Of a stretch of DNA of 64,000 bases, positions 25,818-35,661 are shown piece after piece (the stretch's first letter is position 1; every line of letters begins with the position of its first letter). Both the position numbers and the translations under genes were made by a program. Source of the stretch: Acidobacteriota bacterium (lineage in GTDB: Bacteria; Acidobacteriota; UBA6911; JACQSX01); the NCBI GenBank assembly GCA_016211105.1, contig JACQSX010000038.1, positions 12,876-76,875 on the forward strand, given 5' to 3'. The notes under the pieces are model-generated. The model did no database searches, was not told where the DNA came from, and worked only from the letters and a program-made list of their open reading frames with translations.

Positions 25818-27074
25818 TCAATGGTTTAGCTGGCTTTTGTACTGGACCCCGTGCCTCATCACCAAATGGATCCTTTGGGCGTCTCCAAGAACACGGATGT
25901 CGTTGAGTGGGTCCCCGTCGACGATCACGAGATCCGCGACTTTGCCGGGTTCCAGAGTGCCGAGTTGCGGGCGTTCCACGCACTCGGCGGCTGTCTTGGT
26001 CGATGCCACAATCGCCTGCATCGGAGACATGCCAAGATACCTGGTCATGAATTCGAGCTCCACGAGATTTTCTCCTGTCAGGAGGCGATGGGACTGATCG
26101 GTTCCCATTGCAATTTTGAGTCCCTTTTGAACCCCATATTTCCAAAGGTCCACCTGCTCGAGTTGTCTGCGGTAAATTTCCTCATCCTTCCGGTCTTCTT
26201 CGCTCAGTTGCGCTTCATCCCATGCCTTATCCTTCCGGCGGCGCTCACGCGACAGCGGAATGAGCGCAAGCGTGGGTACCCACCACGTGCCCTGCTGAAT
26301 CATCATCTCCAGGCACTCTTCATCCATGAACCAACCGTGCTCAATCGAATACACCCCCGCTCGCAAAGCATTCTTGATACCCGCCAAACCTTCCGCATGC
26401 ACTGCAACCCGCTTCCCGCGCGCCGCTGCTTCATAAACAGCAGCCCTCATCTCTTCCACGGTGAACTGTGGCTGGTCGTAATCATCGGTCACGGAAGTAA
26501 TTCCACCCGTGCCACATACTTTGAGAAAGTCTGCGCCTGCCATCAGCAATTCCCTAGCCAGCTTGCGAACCGCGTCCACACCGTCGACCACGTTGTGAGG
26601 CAACCAGCTGCGCCTCGGTACGCGGAAGCCAGCCGGCACCCAGCAGTCGCCGTGACCGCCCGTCTGCGAGATCATTGCAATGGAAACCAACAGGCGCGGC
26701 CCGACAATGACATCCTCCTCGACCGCTCGGCGAAAGCCGGTGTCCGCACCGCCCATATCGCGCATGGTGGTTACCCCGCAGTAAAGCGTCTCGCGCAGGA
26801 TCGATGCGGAACGAAAGAGGTTGTAGGTAGGCGGATTCAAAAGGTGCTGACGAATGTCGCGCGCCCGATACGTGCAATGAACATGACAATCGATAAAACC
26901 GGGAAGAATCGTGCGTCCTGCGGCATCCAACACTTCTGCACCCCGGGGAATCGTAACCGAAGCCTGCCGTCCAACTTCGACAATTGACCCGTGGTCGATC
27001 ATCACCGCGCCTTGGACGATCGGATCTCTGCCCGTTCCATCAATTACCTTGCCACCGACAATCGCCTGCGCCAT
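25818..27074 (-). CDS. Amidohydrolase-family metal-dependent hydrolase
   Basis: 'MAQAIVGGKVIDGTGRD...' and 'PGFIDCHVHC'. Start chosen at ATG 27074; the ORF-track start at 27152 would overlap the upstream gene. Confidence 0.8.
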   Translation of the reverse strand: MAQAIVGGKVIDGTGRDPIVQGAVMIDHGSIVEVGRQASVTIPRGAEVLDAAGRTILPGFIDCHVHCTYRARDIRQHLLNPPTYNLFRSASILRETLYCGVTTMRDMGGADTGFRRAVEEDVIVGPRLLVSIAMISQTGGHGDCWVPAGFRVPRRSWLPHNVVDGVDAVRKLARELLMAGADFLKVCGTGGITSVTDDYDQPQFTVEEMRAAVYEAAARGKRVAVHAEGLAGIKNALRAGVYSIEHGWFMDEECLEMMIQQGTWWVPTLALIPLSRERRRKDKAWDEAQLSEEDRKDEEIYRRQLEQVDLWKYGVQKGLKIAMGTDQSHRLLTGENLVELEFMTRYLGMSPMQAIVASTKTAAECVERPQLGTLEPGKVADLVIVDGDPLNDIRVLGDAQRIHLVMRHGVQYKSQLNH

Positions 27075-27100
27075 TCCTCCGCCGATTTCTTCCCGCGCCC

Positions 27101-27442
27101 TCAGGTCCGAGCCGCCTGCCGGATGAAGCATCCTGGATATCCATGTCCGCAAAGATTGCCGGTGGGGCGAGCCTTAATGATCACCGTATCATTGTCACAG
27201 TCAACCAGAATCTCAATCGCGTCGACATACTGGCCGTCGTCCTCGCCTTTGACCCACACCCGACCTAAACTGCGGCGGAAAAGGGTGACACGGCCCGTTT
27301 CGAGCGTTCGGCGCCAGGCCTCCGCATTCATGAACGCCACCATCAACACATCGCCAGAATCGGCATGTTGAATAACGGCTGGAACAAGGCCGTCCAGTTT
27401 GCTGAAATCCAGCTCTTTGTCAAAATGGAACTTCGATCCCAT
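27101..27442 (-). CDS. hisI: Phosphoribosyl-AMP cyclohydrolase (HisI)-like protein
   Basis: Start taken at ATG 27442 (GGAGAG SD). 'LDGLVPAVIQHADSGDVLMVAFMNAEAWRRTLETGRVTLFRRSLGRVWVKGEDDGQYVDAIEILVDCDNDTVIIKARPTGNLCGHGYPGCF' aligns by eye with the HisI domain, including DCDxD and C..G..CF. Confidence 0.75.
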   Translation of the reverse strand: MGSKFHFDKELDFSKLDGLVPAVIQHADSGDVLMVAFMNAEAWRRTLETGRVTLFRRSLGRVWVKGEDDGQYVDAIEILVDCDNDTVIIKARPTGNLCGHGYPGCFIRQAART

Positions 27443-27514
27443 GGAAGCTCTCCATATTTTTCCCTTTCCCTTTAGGGGGTGCTGGTGGGTTGTAACACAG
27501 GGATCGGCCGCGGA

Positions 27515-27582
27515 GTAGAGACGCGACATGTCGGGTCTCTACCCCTCAGGACCGTACCAAACCTTCTGTTACAAGCAACTAG
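27515..27582. repeat. REP-like palindromic element, copy B
   Basis: GTAGAGACGCGACATGTCGGGTCTCTAC (one mismatch in the stem) plus the tail CGTACCAAACCTTCTGTTACAAGCAACTAG. It is intercistronic, as copy A is. Confidence 0.75.
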
Positions 27583-27611
27583 CATCCTTGCGAAATTGCG
27601 GCGCAAGCGCT

Positions 27612-28346
27612 TCAAGTGAATTGCACCCATTCTTGTTGGTCAACGAAGGACATGGCTTCCCGAGCCAAGCTGCGGGCCACATCAGCCGGCTTTGAATCTG
27701 CGTAGATCGCCCGCCCGATGATCGCGTACGCCGACATTCCTCGAGCCGCAGTGAACGCGTTTGTGATGTCGCCACCGAGCGGACCGATCCCAGGCATAAA
27801 AAGGCGGGCGCCCCGCCCGGCAAACCGTCGAACATGGCGCCGAATGGCTCTGGCATCCGTTGCGGGAATAATAAAGTCGCGTGCTCCCAAATCGAAGGCG
27901 CGCTCGGCGATCCGCGTCAGAGCGGTACCCATGACATAGCCCCCCTTCCGGGCAAGATAGTCCTTCAGTGGCAAGGCACCGCCCACGACCGGCACGAGTC
28001 CCGCCTTAAGCGTCTCTGAAACAAACGCGTCTACCGCACTGGGTCCAGCCAAGGGAAACAAGATGAGCGCATCCACGCCCGAGTCGCGACAGACCTTGAC
28101 ATATTCCGCTGCCATGCTGGGAACGTCCAGGCCCGCCTTTTGATGATCATACAACAGAAGCTTCGCCGTCATTTCGCGCATGGCTCGAACCGCCGCCGCA
28201 AGTCCGTACCGAAGCGCCAACAAGGATCCTAATTTGTAGCCCACCAAGCCTTCGATCGAATCAACCTCTTCCAGGAGGCGTCGAACCGCGTCCAAGTTGT
28301 CAAGGTCACAGGCGCAGATGATCCCGTGCGAAGGAATTTTCAGCAT
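27612..28346 (-). CDS. Orotidine-5'-phosphate decarboxylase-family protein (divergent)
   Basis: 'ACDLD', 'VGYKLG' and 'LLLYDHQKAGLDVPSM' resemble the OMPDC D/K/D-x-K-x-x-D pattern with altered spacing. ATG 28346 overlaps the upstream stop (TGATG). Confidence 0.55.
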   Translation of the reverse strand: MLKIPSHGIICACDLDNLDAVRRLLEEVDSIEGLVGYKLGSLLALRYGLAAAVRAMREMTAKLLLYDHQKAGLDVPSMAAEYVKVCRDSGVDALILFPLAGPSAVDAFVSETLKAGLVPVVGGALPLKDYLARKGGYVMGTALTRIAERAFDLGARDFIIPATDARAIRRHVRRFAGRGARLFMPGIGPLGGDITNAFTAARGMSAYAIIGRAIYADSKPADVARSLAREAMSFVDQQEWVQFT

Positions 28347-29137
28347 CACTCGTCCTCCCAAGGCTCATGAAGAGCACGCAGAAGGGCCTCGTGAATATGC
28401 CCGTTGGAAGCAACCACGCTGCCTGCATGAGGGGAAACATCTCCTCCATAAAAATCTGTAATTTTCCCTCCCGCTTCTCGCACCAGCGCAAGGCCCGCCG
28501 ACACGTCCCACGGCTGGATCTCCGGATGGGTCATCGCGTCGAAACGACCTGCAGCCACATACGCCATATCCAGAGCTGCAGCGCCTGCCCGGCGCTGACT
28601 GAGGCTCCTGCCGATCAGGCGAGTGTGAAAATGCAGAAGCCGGCGGGCGCGACGCCAATCGGAAGGCAGGCTGGTCGTCACCACCGCATCCGCCAGATCG
28701 GCGGTTTCCGAAACGTGGATCGGCCGATCTCCCAAGAAAGCGCCACAACCTTTGGCAGCCCACAGCAGTTCATGCGCGATGGGAGCATAGGTTACGCCCA
28801 GCAAAACGTCATCCCCGTCAATCAGCGAAAGGGACACGTCAAAGTGCGGGACACCGTGCGCATAATTCTGAGTGCCGTCGAGGGGATCGACGATCCAGCA
28901 ATAGGTCCCTCCGGGAGCCCCCACTTCTCCGCTTTCCTCGGCCAAAATCCGATGATCGGGAAAGCGGCGCCTCAGGATCTCAAGTATGATCCGTTCCGCC
29001 GCCACGTCATGCTCTGTCAGCAAATCCTGACCGCGCTTTTGAGTGACATCCTGCATGGCGCCGAAATGATCGCGGAGTAGGGCGCCCGCGGCAAGCGCCG
29101 CCTCACGAGCCGTTGCAATGTAGATCTCATCCACCAC
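28346..29137 (-). CDS. Inositol monophosphatase-family phosphatase (SuhB/HisN-like)
   Basis: 263 aa with 'EESGE', 'WIVDPLDGTQNYAHGVPHF' and 'DMAYVAAGRFD'. Confidence 0.85.
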   Translation of the reverse strand: MVDEIYIATAREAALAAGALLRDHFGAMQDVTQKRGQDLLTEHDVAAERIILEILRRRFPDHRILAEESGEVGAPGGTYCWIVDPLDGTQNYAHGVPHFDVSLSLIDGDDVLLGVTYAPIAHELLWAAKGCGAFLGDRPIHVSETADLADAVVTTSLPSDWRRARRLLHFHTRLIGRSLSQRRAGAAALDMAYVAAGRFDAMTHPEIQPWDVSAGLALVREAGGKITDFYGGDVSPHAGSVVASNGHIHEALLRALHEPWEDE

Positions 29138-30022
29138 CTAATGCGCTCGGCCCAGCGCCATCTGACGGACCGCTGAAGGCTTCATTTCGCCGACGTCCAG
29201 ACTGACATCGATGACCTGGACATTGTTCGTCAGGTCGCCGGCGGAAATCACATCCACTCCTGTCTTGGCAATCTCGACGACGGTATGCTCGCGCACTCCA
29301 CCGGAGGCTTCCACCAGCGCGCGGCCGTTGATATAAGCGACCGCCTCGCGCATTTCCTCCATTGTCATGTTGTCGAGCATGATGATATCGACGCCCGCAT
29401 CCAGCGCTTCTTTCACTTGACCCATCGACTCGCACTCCAGCTCAATCTTGAAAGTGTGCTGCGCTCGACTTCTGAGGATTTCAACTGCGCGGGTGATGCC
29501 GCCTGCGGCCTTAATGTGATTGTCTTTGACCAGAATGCAGTTGTGCAGCCCAAACAGGTGGTTATGACCTCCGCCCATCCGCACGGCGTATTTCTGCAGA
29601 ACACGGCAGCCAGGGACGCCTTTGCGCGTATCCGTAATACGAGCTTTATAAGGCTGAAGCAAGTTGACATAACGCCGCGTCTTTGTGGCAATGCCCGACA
29701 TGTATTGGAGATAGTCAAGCGCGACCCGCTCGCTGGCAAACAACACCCAACACGGCGCCGCCACTCGCATGAGAACCGTTCCTTTGTCAACTTCATCACC
29801 GTCCTGAACTTCATGGACAATCTGGCAATCAGGCTCCAGCGTCCGAAAGACCTGTTCTGCCACAGGCAGGCCGGCAACTACGGCCGATTCCTTTACATAA
29901 ATTTGACATTTCGCCGTGTCCTTGGGTCCGACAAGGAAACCACCCGTAGTATCCCCGGGGCCAATCTCCTCTCGCAGCGCCGCCTCAACGATGGGTCTTA
30001 TAATAAAGGGGTTTAGTTGCAT
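29138..30022 (-). CDS. nadC: Nicotinate-nucleotide pyrophosphorylase (quinolinate phosphoribosyltransferase)
   Basis: 294 aa with 'TDTRKGVPGCRVLQKYAVRMGGGHNHLFGLHNCILVKDNHI'. An AAGGAGGA SD is present. Confidence 0.8.
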   Translation of the reverse strand: MQLNPFIIRPIVEAALREEIGPGDTTGGFLVGPKDTAKCQIYVKESAVVAGLPVAEQVFRTLEPDCQIVHEVQDGDEVDKGTVLMRVAAPCWVLFASERVALDYLQYMSGIATKTRRYVNLLQPYKARITDTRKGVPGCRVLQKYAVRMGGGHNHLFGLHNCILVKDNHIKAAGGITRAVEILRSRAQHTFKIELECESMGQVKEALDAGVDIIMLDNMTMEEMREAVAYINGRALVEASGGVREHTVVEIAKTGVDVISAGDLTNNVQVIDVSLDVGEMKPSAVRQMALGRAH

Positions 30023-30042
30023 CGAGATTCCTCCTTCCGTTT

Positions 30043-30375
30043 TTACTCGTGGTCGTGTCCGTGAAAGGCCGCCTCCTTTACAACCTCCTTAGCCTGGACA
30101 TCGTTGCCCTTGCGCTCGCCTGTCACCTTGACGTTATCCCCAACTTTCAAACTCCCCAGTTTTATTTTCTTATCTCCCTCTTTGAAAACGGTTGCAACGG
30201 TAGTCAGGATGTTCGCTTCGCCTCTCGAAGTTTTCAGCATAAAAGATTTTTTCGCCGTATCGATCTTGGTGATTTCACCCGTACGTTGGGCTTGTTGGGC
30301 ATAAGCTTGGGCGAGGAAGGCCCCTATAAAAAGGACGATCAAGCAAACAACGTGAATTGAACTCTTCTTCCTCAT
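30043..30375 (-). CDS. Small secreted protein with His-rich C-terminus
   Basis: Start taken at 'MRKKSSIHVVCLIVLFIGAFLAQAYA' (ATG 30375). The body looks like a short beta-rich domain, and the protein ends 'FHGHDHE'. Confidence 0.55.
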   Translation of the reverse strand: MRKKSSIHVVCLIVLFIGAFLAQAYAQQAQRTGEITKIDTAKKSFMLKTSRGEANILTTVATVFKEGDKKIKLGSLKVGDNVKVTGERKGNDVQAKEVVKEAAFHGHDHE

Positions 30376-30458
30376 AAGCAGGTGTGTCCTTTCGTAATGT
30401 TTCTCAGAATATACCGCATCGACAGTCCTCCTTCCGCACTGACCCAATCCCCGATGAC

Positions 30459-32306
30459 TCAATTGGCCAATGCAGCCTTTCCAAAGTACTCCGGCGATTT
30501 AAAGAGCGCTTTATCAATCGGGCCGAAGTCAGAACTTGTATAGACAACTTTCCCTCCCAGGGCCGTCAGCAGTACTTTGACTTGTGCAATTTCTTTTTCC
30601 GGGATGGTAAAGTAGTCCCGATCCAGCACCACGAAATCGGCCCACTTTCCCACTTCTAAAGAACCTAATTCGTTTTCTCGAAGCATGTAATAAGCCGACC
30701 ATCGGGTAACCATTTTAAGCGCGTTGATTCGGTCGATTTTTTGCTCCGGGGCTAAAACCCTGCACTTCTCAACACCGATCTCTCCTTCCCCCGGGAGCCG
30801 CGGCGTAAAACACGCCTCTCGAGTAACGAGCAGTTTCATCGCTTCGAACGGTTTGCCAAAGGCTTCGGCAATTACAGTGCGGAGGCCCGCATCAAGGAAA
30901 CTTTTCACCGGACTGTACCAACCCAGGTACTGCTCGCCGTAGTTTCTCAACACGTTGGCAGGTTTGGTCGGATCAAGATTGTGAATCAAATAGTCGGGAG
31001 TATCGGCCATGATGATGCCGTATTCTTTCAACTTTGGGAGCTGGTCGGGCCGCACCATTTGAAGATGCTCCATGGTAAGCCGTTTTTCACGGATCTGCTC
31101 CACGCTCATCCCCGTTTCGCGCCGGATCTCATCGATGATCCCTAGCAAAATGTCGACCGTTTTGTCTCCGCTGGCATGATACTCGACGCCTCTACCGTAC
31201 TGAATCTGGTCCTTGACCGCAGCTCGCTTGACCGGATGCTCGAGAAAACAGGGATTGATTCCCGCCTTTTCCAGCCTTCCCTTGAACTCGGCATTGATAA
31301 TTGGCATGGTGGTGCACAGCGCGGTAGACGGCGAGTCGGTGACTTCCTCTCCTACTCCGATACTCCAGAGATATTTGGTTCCCACTCCAGCCATGTTCGG
31401 AAATCGCTTATAAAATCCTTCCGGGTTGTAATAGGAACCGTCGCTGAAGAGCCAACCAAAGCGCATGGGCATTTCACCCTTGCGATCCAACATGAAAAGC
31501 GAGTTCAGCGGCGTTCTCAACACTCGAGTTCCGAGCGTCGTTATTCCGCCTGGCAGCGCGCTGGTCATGAGCAACTGTTTGAGCGACTTGGCGTAGGTTT
31601 CCTCTCGCCCCGCCAAAAGAATGTCTTTAACGATGACGGCGCTGACGTTGACGCCGTCTGCCTTAAGATCCTGATCCGAGAAGAGCTTGAAGGCCGGAAA
31701 ATGCTTCTCTGTAATCTCCCTGGCCCTTGTATTGAGCAGAATTTGGCTGGGGGCTCCACTGCCCGTCTCCTGTAGCATCACAGGATTGTCGGGAGCAAAG
31801 CGATCCAGCTCAGCACGAGTAATTTCTTCATACAGAATCAATTGCCTGGCTGCGTCTCCCGTCGGCGTGACAATGATCCACTCGCCGGGTTTCACCTCTT
31901 TCACTCTTTTCGTAATCGTCTCCTCGATCCCTCTCTTGACCACACCTTTGTCGGCGCTGGGGGGCACATTGATCCCTTTCACTTCAGGAAAGTCTTGAGG
32001 CATAAAACCGGTCACGTGCCAATGCACGTCAATCAGTCCCGGGAGCACGGTTTTGCCGCGTAAGTCCAGTTTCTTCGCTCCCGGCGCCGCCAGCTTCAAG
32101 ATGTCCTCATTCTTCCCCACCGCCACGATCACGTCATCTCTTATCGCGATGGCCTCCACCATAGAGTCATTGTTGTCCACCGTGGCGATCTTCCCATTGA
32201 AAACGATCAAGTCTGCCTGCTGAGCCCACGCTAGACTCCAGGCAGAAACCGCAAGGGTAACGGCAAACACAAATACTGTCGCTGCACTACTTTTTGTCGC
32301 TCGCAT
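30459..32306 (-). CDS. Secreted amidohydrolase-family protein (Amidohydro_3-like)
   Basis: Start taken at ATG 32306 (GAGGAGG SD), giving the signal peptide 'MRATKSSAATVFVFAVTLAVSAWSLAWA'. It has 'PGLIDVHWH'. Confidence 0.8.
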   Translation of the reverse strand: MRATKSSAATVFVFAVTLAVSAWSLAWAQQADLIVFNGKIATVDNNDSMVEAIAIRDDVIVAVGKNEDILKLAAPGAKKLDLRGKTVLPGLIDVHWHVTGFMPQDFPEVKGINVPPSADKGVVKRGIEETITKRVKEVKPGEWIIVTPTGDAARQLILYEEITRAELDRFAPDNPVMLQETGSGAPSQILLNTRAREITEKHFPAFKLFSDQDLKADGVNVSAVIVKDILLAGREETYAKSLKQLLMTSALPGGITTLGTRVLRTPLNSLFMLDRKGEMPMRFGWLFSDGSYYNPEGFYKRFPNMAGVGTKYLWSIGVGEEVTDSPSTALCTTMPIINAEFKGRLEKAGINPCFLEHPVKRAAVKDQIQYGRGVEYHASGDKTVDILLGIIDEIRRETGMSVEQIREKRLTMEHLQMVRPDQLPKLKEYGIIMADTPDYLIHNLDPTKPANVLRNYGEQYLGWYSPVKSFLDAGLRTVIAEAFGKPFEAMKLLVTREACFTPRLPGEGEIGVEKCRVLAPEQKIDRINALKMVTRWSAYYMLRENELGSLEVGKWADFVVLDRDYFTIPEKEIAQVKVLLTALGGKVVYTSSDFGPIDKALFKSPEYFGKAALAN

Positions 32307-32326
32307 TGTCAAAACCTCCTCGTCTA

Positions 32327-33742
32327 CTATCTTCCTGAGGGAGTACCGGTCCAATTTTTGGCTGCCGTTTCGACGTCAGCCAACATCTGGTCCAGTGACC
32401 CTCTGGAAACAAACCTCCCTCCAACAACCACGGCAGCAATTTTGGCAGTGTTACCGATGTCTTGAAGCGGATTGGCGTCAAGCAGCACTAAATCGGCAAT
32501 CTTGCCCCGTTCCACCGTGCCCAGACTCGCCAAGCCAAGAAATCGGGCAGGATTGCTCGTCGCAGCCTGCAGTACTTCCATCGGGGTAAGACCCGCTTTG
32601 GCCAGCAAGACCAATTCTTGCTGCAGACTAAAGCCAGGAATATTGTACGCTTTCAGCGTGTCGGTGCCGGTCATGAATTGCACTCCCGCCCGGCGCATCT
32701 TACCTACGATCTCCAGATATTTGTCCAGGCGCCTCTGGTACTCAGCAAGCTCTTCAGCGGAGCGGAAGTTTCGCGGATTCCATTGACTCTTATAGCCTCC
32801 CGGGATGTACTTCAGGGCGTCCATGATACTCCGGTCATCCGTGTACGCCCCAATCCGAATCCAGGTGTTGACCAGAGTGGGAACCTGCCATGTGCCATTT
32901 TTCGCAAAACTGGCAAACAGAGCCGACGCCTTTTCTTCGCTGTAGCTGTCCAAGACAGCCTTGCCGTCCGGTTGCTCTTTTTCCTCCACCAACGCCTTTC
33001 TGAGTTTCGCTTCGTCAGCCGAGCAGGCAAGTAAAACGCCGCTCAGATGCTCAATACTCTTTTGGCCATCAAGCGAGGCTTCAGCCGCGCTGACAGCAAA
33101 AGGCACATGCCCGACAAACGGCAGGCGGAGCTTCTTGGCCTCATCCACGATGGCAGCGTATTCGTCGCGGGATAGCAAATCATACACCTTTACAAAATCC
33201 GCGCCCTTCTCCTTCAATGCATCAGTTGCCTTTCGCGCTTCAACGGGCGTGTTTACAACGGTGGAATAAGTCCAGCGCGAGTTCGGCCCGTCTACCAAGG
33301 GGCCCGCCGATACAAGTCGAGGACCTATTAGTTTTCCTGCGGCAATGTCGCTCCGCCAGCGCTTGATTTGTTCGAATTGTTGCCATGGACTACCCGTGTC
33401 GCGCACCCCGGTAACGCCATTGGCAATGAAGAGAGGCAAAAAACTTATTCCCGCATAGCGCGTGTGCACGTGCATGTCCCACAAACCTGGAATTAAGAAC
33501 TTGCCGGTGGCATCCACGACCTGAGCATCTTTAGGTATGGGAACCTTTCCATCCACGTCAAGCGCAGTAATACGATCCTTGGTAATCAGGACCGTCATGC
33601 CCGGTTTGGCCGGGGAACCGGTGGCATCGATTACCGTCACGTGAGTAAAGACGAGAGGCTTTCCAGCAGAACTCAGTGCAGCCTGGCCCAAAAGCGAGCC
33701 CGGCAACACAAGCAGGAACCATAAGGCATAAACTTTTTTCAT
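32327..33742 (-). CDS. Secreted amidohydrolase-family protein
   Basis: Start taken at 'MKKVYALWFLLVLPGSLLGQ' (ATG 33742). It has 'FTHVTVIDATG' and 'PGLWDMHVHT'. It is a paralogue of 34141-35601. Confidence 0.8.
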   Translation of the reverse strand: MKKVYALWFLLVLPGSLLGQAALSSAGKPLVFTHVTVIDATGSPAKPGMTVLITKDRITALDVDGKVPIPKDAQVVDATGKFLIPGLWDMHVHTRYAGISFLPLFIANGVTGVRDTGSPWQQFEQIKRWRSDIAAGKLIGPRLVSAGPLVDGPNSRWTYSTVVNTPVEARKATDALKEKGADFVKVYDLLSRDEYAAIVDEAKKLRLPFVGHVPFAVSAAEASLDGQKSIEHLSGVLLACSADEAKLRKALVEEKEQPDGKAVLDSYSEEKASALFASFAKNGTWQVPTLVNTWIRIGAYTDDRSIMDALKYIPGGYKSQWNPRNFRSAEELAEYQRRLDKYLEIVGKMRRAGVQFMTGTDTLKAYNIPGFSLQQELVLLAKAGLTPMEVLQAATSNPARFLGLASLGTVERGKIADLVLLDANPLQDIGNTAKIAAVVVGGRFVSRGSLDQMLADVETAAKNWTGTPSGR

Positions 33743-33869
33743 AAAACTGCTCCCTTGAAGCGACGATCTCCCAAACAAACCACAACGCCCAAACCTTGTC
33801 AAGAACAACTGCGCCCCAATCAGGGAGAATTGCCTCCAACCGGCGTCTATGTGACGATTTCTTTTTTGT

Positions 33870-34090
33870 TTGACATTGCGGCAACAGTGGTATGACGCCG
33901 GAAGGCATTCCGCTCCCAATCTGGAATTGGGGAACTATGAATTGCAAGCGGAATTGACCAGTTCTCAGACGGCGGTAAGAAGCGATAAGAAGTGGTACCA
34001 AGCTTTCGGTAGGACAAGAGGTGGTGCTGGATTTTGTGCTGAGGGCTTTGCCTCTCCTGGGCAACCGGCAGCGGGGTAAGAGACAGCAAG
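33870..34090 (+). pseudogene. Decayed remnant of a CarboxypepD_reg/TonB-dependent receptor gene
   Basis: The nucleotide sequence aligns by eye with codons about 62-115 of the receptor at 42781-45906 (ATGACGCCGGAAGG.ATTCCGCTCCCAATCTGGAATTGGGGAACTATGAA...). An indel breaks the frame. It is preceded by the 16-mer TTGACATTGCGGCAAC, which is also found at 39009. Confidence 0.75.
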
Positions 34091-34140
34091 AACCATCATG
34101 GCAGAAACATTTTTTTCACGATCCTCCAGTACGTCGGCAT

Positions 34141-35601
34141 TTACTTACCCTTGTCTGCAGCCGCTTCGATATTGGCCAGCATCTCTTGCAGCGACGCCTT
34201 AGAAATGAATTTACCGCCCACAACAACGGCGGCAATCCTCTGAGTGTTGCGGATCTGCTCGAGCGGATTTGCTTCCAACAATACCAAGTCTGCAATTTTA
34301 CCCTTCTCCACCGTGCCCAGCGAATCCGACAAGCCGAGATACTTGGCCGGATTGCGAGTCGCGGCCTGCAACGCCTCCAGGGGGGTCAAGCCGGCTTGTA
34401 CCAACAGAACCAACTCGTCATGCAAACTAAATCCCGGAATGAGATAGGCCTTTGCCCCTGTGTCGGTTCCCGTCATAAATTGCACGCCCATGCGGTGCAT
34501 CCCACCTACGATCTGGAGATATTTTTCAAACCGTCTCTTCGTGTTCTCCAACTCCTCTCTAGTTCGAAAAAAGCTTTTTGGATCCCACTCATCTCGAGAT
34601 GGGTTCACCCGGACGCCTCCGTACTGGGCTTCTCTCGGAACCGGCCACGTCATGCCTCGAGGAATGTACTTGATCCGCGCATTGAAGTCCGCATCATCCA
34701 TGGCATAAGCTTTTAGATTCTTCCAGGTGATGACCAAGGTAGGCGTATGCCAGGTGCCGTTCTTTACGAAGCGGGCAAACAGCGCCGCCGCTTTCTCTTC
34801 ACTGTACGTATCCAAAAGGTCGGTGTCGTCCGGGCTCCAACTCCCCTCCGCCAATTGTTTCTGGAACCTGGCCTCATCGGTGGAGCAGGCCAGCAAAACA
34901 CCTTTAAGATGCTCGATGTGTTGTCCGATATCGGAAGCTTCAGCCGCGCTGACGGAGTAAGGGACGTGTCCGGTGTACGGCAGGCCTTGCTTTTTCGCCT
35001 CGTCGATGACCGCATAGTACGAATCCCGGGACAGCCAGTCGTACACCTTCACAAAGTCGGCGCCCCGCCTCTTGAGAGCATCCACTACTTCTCGCCCCCC
35101 GGCAGGGCTGGTCACAACAAAGGAAGCATGTTGCGGTTTTGGTCCGTCCACGAGGGGCCCCGAGGTGAAGATGCGCGGACCTAAGAGCTTCCCCGACGCG
35201 ATCTCCTGACGCCATTGTTTAATCTGTTCAAAGTGATCTAGAGGGGCGTGAACATCGCGTACACCGGTGACTCCGTTGGCGATGAACAAGGGCAAGAACG
35301 CTACCTTCTGATACCATGTATGGACATGCATATCCCACAGACCCGGGATCAAAAATTTGCCACCCGCATCTACCACCTGCGCATCTTTAGGTATGGAGAT
35401 TTTTTCAGTCCGGCTGATCTCGGTAATGCGATCGCCAGTGACGATCACGGTCATGTCGGATTGCGCCGGGGCGCCAGTGGCGTCAATGACCGTGACGTGG
35501 GTAAAGACAAGAGGATTGGTTTGTGGATTCTGTTTGTCCTGACCAACCAGCCACCCAGGCAGCAATACCAGTGACAACAATAACGCGTGCGTTTTCTTCA
35601 T
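34141..35601 (-). CDS. Secreted amidohydrolase-family protein
   Basis: Start taken at 'MKKTHALLLSLVLLPGWLVGQ' (ATG 35601). It has 'FTHVTVIDATG' and 'PGLWDMHVHT'. Confidence 0.8.
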   Translation of the reverse strand: MKKTHALLLSLVLLPGWLVGQDKQNPQTNPLVFTHVTVIDATGAPAQSDMTVIVTGDRITEISRTEKISIPKDAQVVDAGGKFLIPGLWDMHVHTWYQKVAFLPLFIANGVTGVRDVHAPLDHFEQIKQWRQEIASGKLLGPRIFTSGPLVDGPKPQHASFVVTSPAGGREVVDALKRRGADFVKVYDWLSRDSYYAVIDEAKKQGLPYTGHVPYSVSAAEASDIGQHIEHLKGVLLACSTDEARFQKQLAEGSWSPDDTDLLDTYSEEKAAALFARFVKNGTWHTPTLVITWKNLKAYAMDDADFNARIKYIPRGMTWPVPREAQYGGVRVNPSRDEWDPKSFFRTREELENTKRRFEKYLQIVGGMHRMGVQFMTGTDTGAKAYLIPGFSLHDELVLLVQAGLTPLEALQAATRNPAKYLGLSDSLGTVEKGKIADLVLLEANPLEQIRNTQRIAAVVVGGKFISKASLQEMLANIEAAADKGK

Positions 35602-35661
35602 GATGATCTCCTTCATTCCAAGGGTACCCATGTTTATGAACCGAGACACGGGAGGATCGGA

